The notes under the pieces are model-generated. The model did no database searches, was not told where the DNA came from, and worked only from the letters and a program-made list of their open reading frames with translations. Shown here in pieces: positions 63,888 to 64,000 of a stretch of 64,000 bases of DNA. A program made the position numbers and the translations under genes. This DNA is from Cystobasidiomycetes sp. EMM_F5 (Eukaryota), in assembly GCA_051047955.1 (NCBI GenBank), contig JBPGPT010000027.1, forward strand, positions 62,001 to 126,000, given 5' to 3'. The first letter of the stretch is position 1. Each line of letters starts with the position of its first letter.

Positions 63888-64000
63888 ATACGGGAGTAGC
63901 GTCGCAAAACACTGGACATCACCATAGCATTGTAGTCACCGTATTGACGAAGTATTTTAACAATGTTGATGCGAATAACAATGCTGCAAATATCATTGTA

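Noticed and set aside
1..64000. Numerous antisense and alternative-frame ORFs in the track
   Set aside because: They are shadows of real genes, as expected in moderately GC-rich, low-complexity coding DNA.

Overview
Compact, intron-rich eukaryotic DNA with short GT-AG introns and CTRAC/CTRAY branch points. The gene content indicates a basidiomycete fungus, probably a yeast-like lineage (inference). About 25 protein-coding genes are tightly packed. Recognisable ones are a 2-hydroxyacid dehydrogenase, AlkB, a MAPEG protein, an Scm3-domain protein, a Pif1 helicase, a CTK1-like CDK, a peroxisomal citrate synthase, a hybrid histidine kinase, KGD1, CDC4, UGA1, ZW10/DSL1, RTA1, an arrestin-like protein, YME1, TIM54 and a Ser/Thr kinase; several orphan or secreted proteins lie among them. 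The most notable items are invisible in the ORF track. (1) The Pif1 helicase has two tandem RNase H1-type RNA:DNA hybrid-binding domains encoded on small 5' exons, each interrupted by an intron at the same codon. (2) A well-formed box C/D snoRNA candidate lies between YME1 and TIM54. (3) A stranded 3' fragment of an MFS transporter follows UGA1. (4) A tandem pair of degenerate RING plus coiled-coil genes is present. (5) An orphan carries two CX2CX9HX3-4H zinc fingers. (6) There are three GC-AG introns. No tRNA, rRNA, CRISPR array or transposon was recognised. Exon models were built by eye and family calls come from motif recognition, not database searches.
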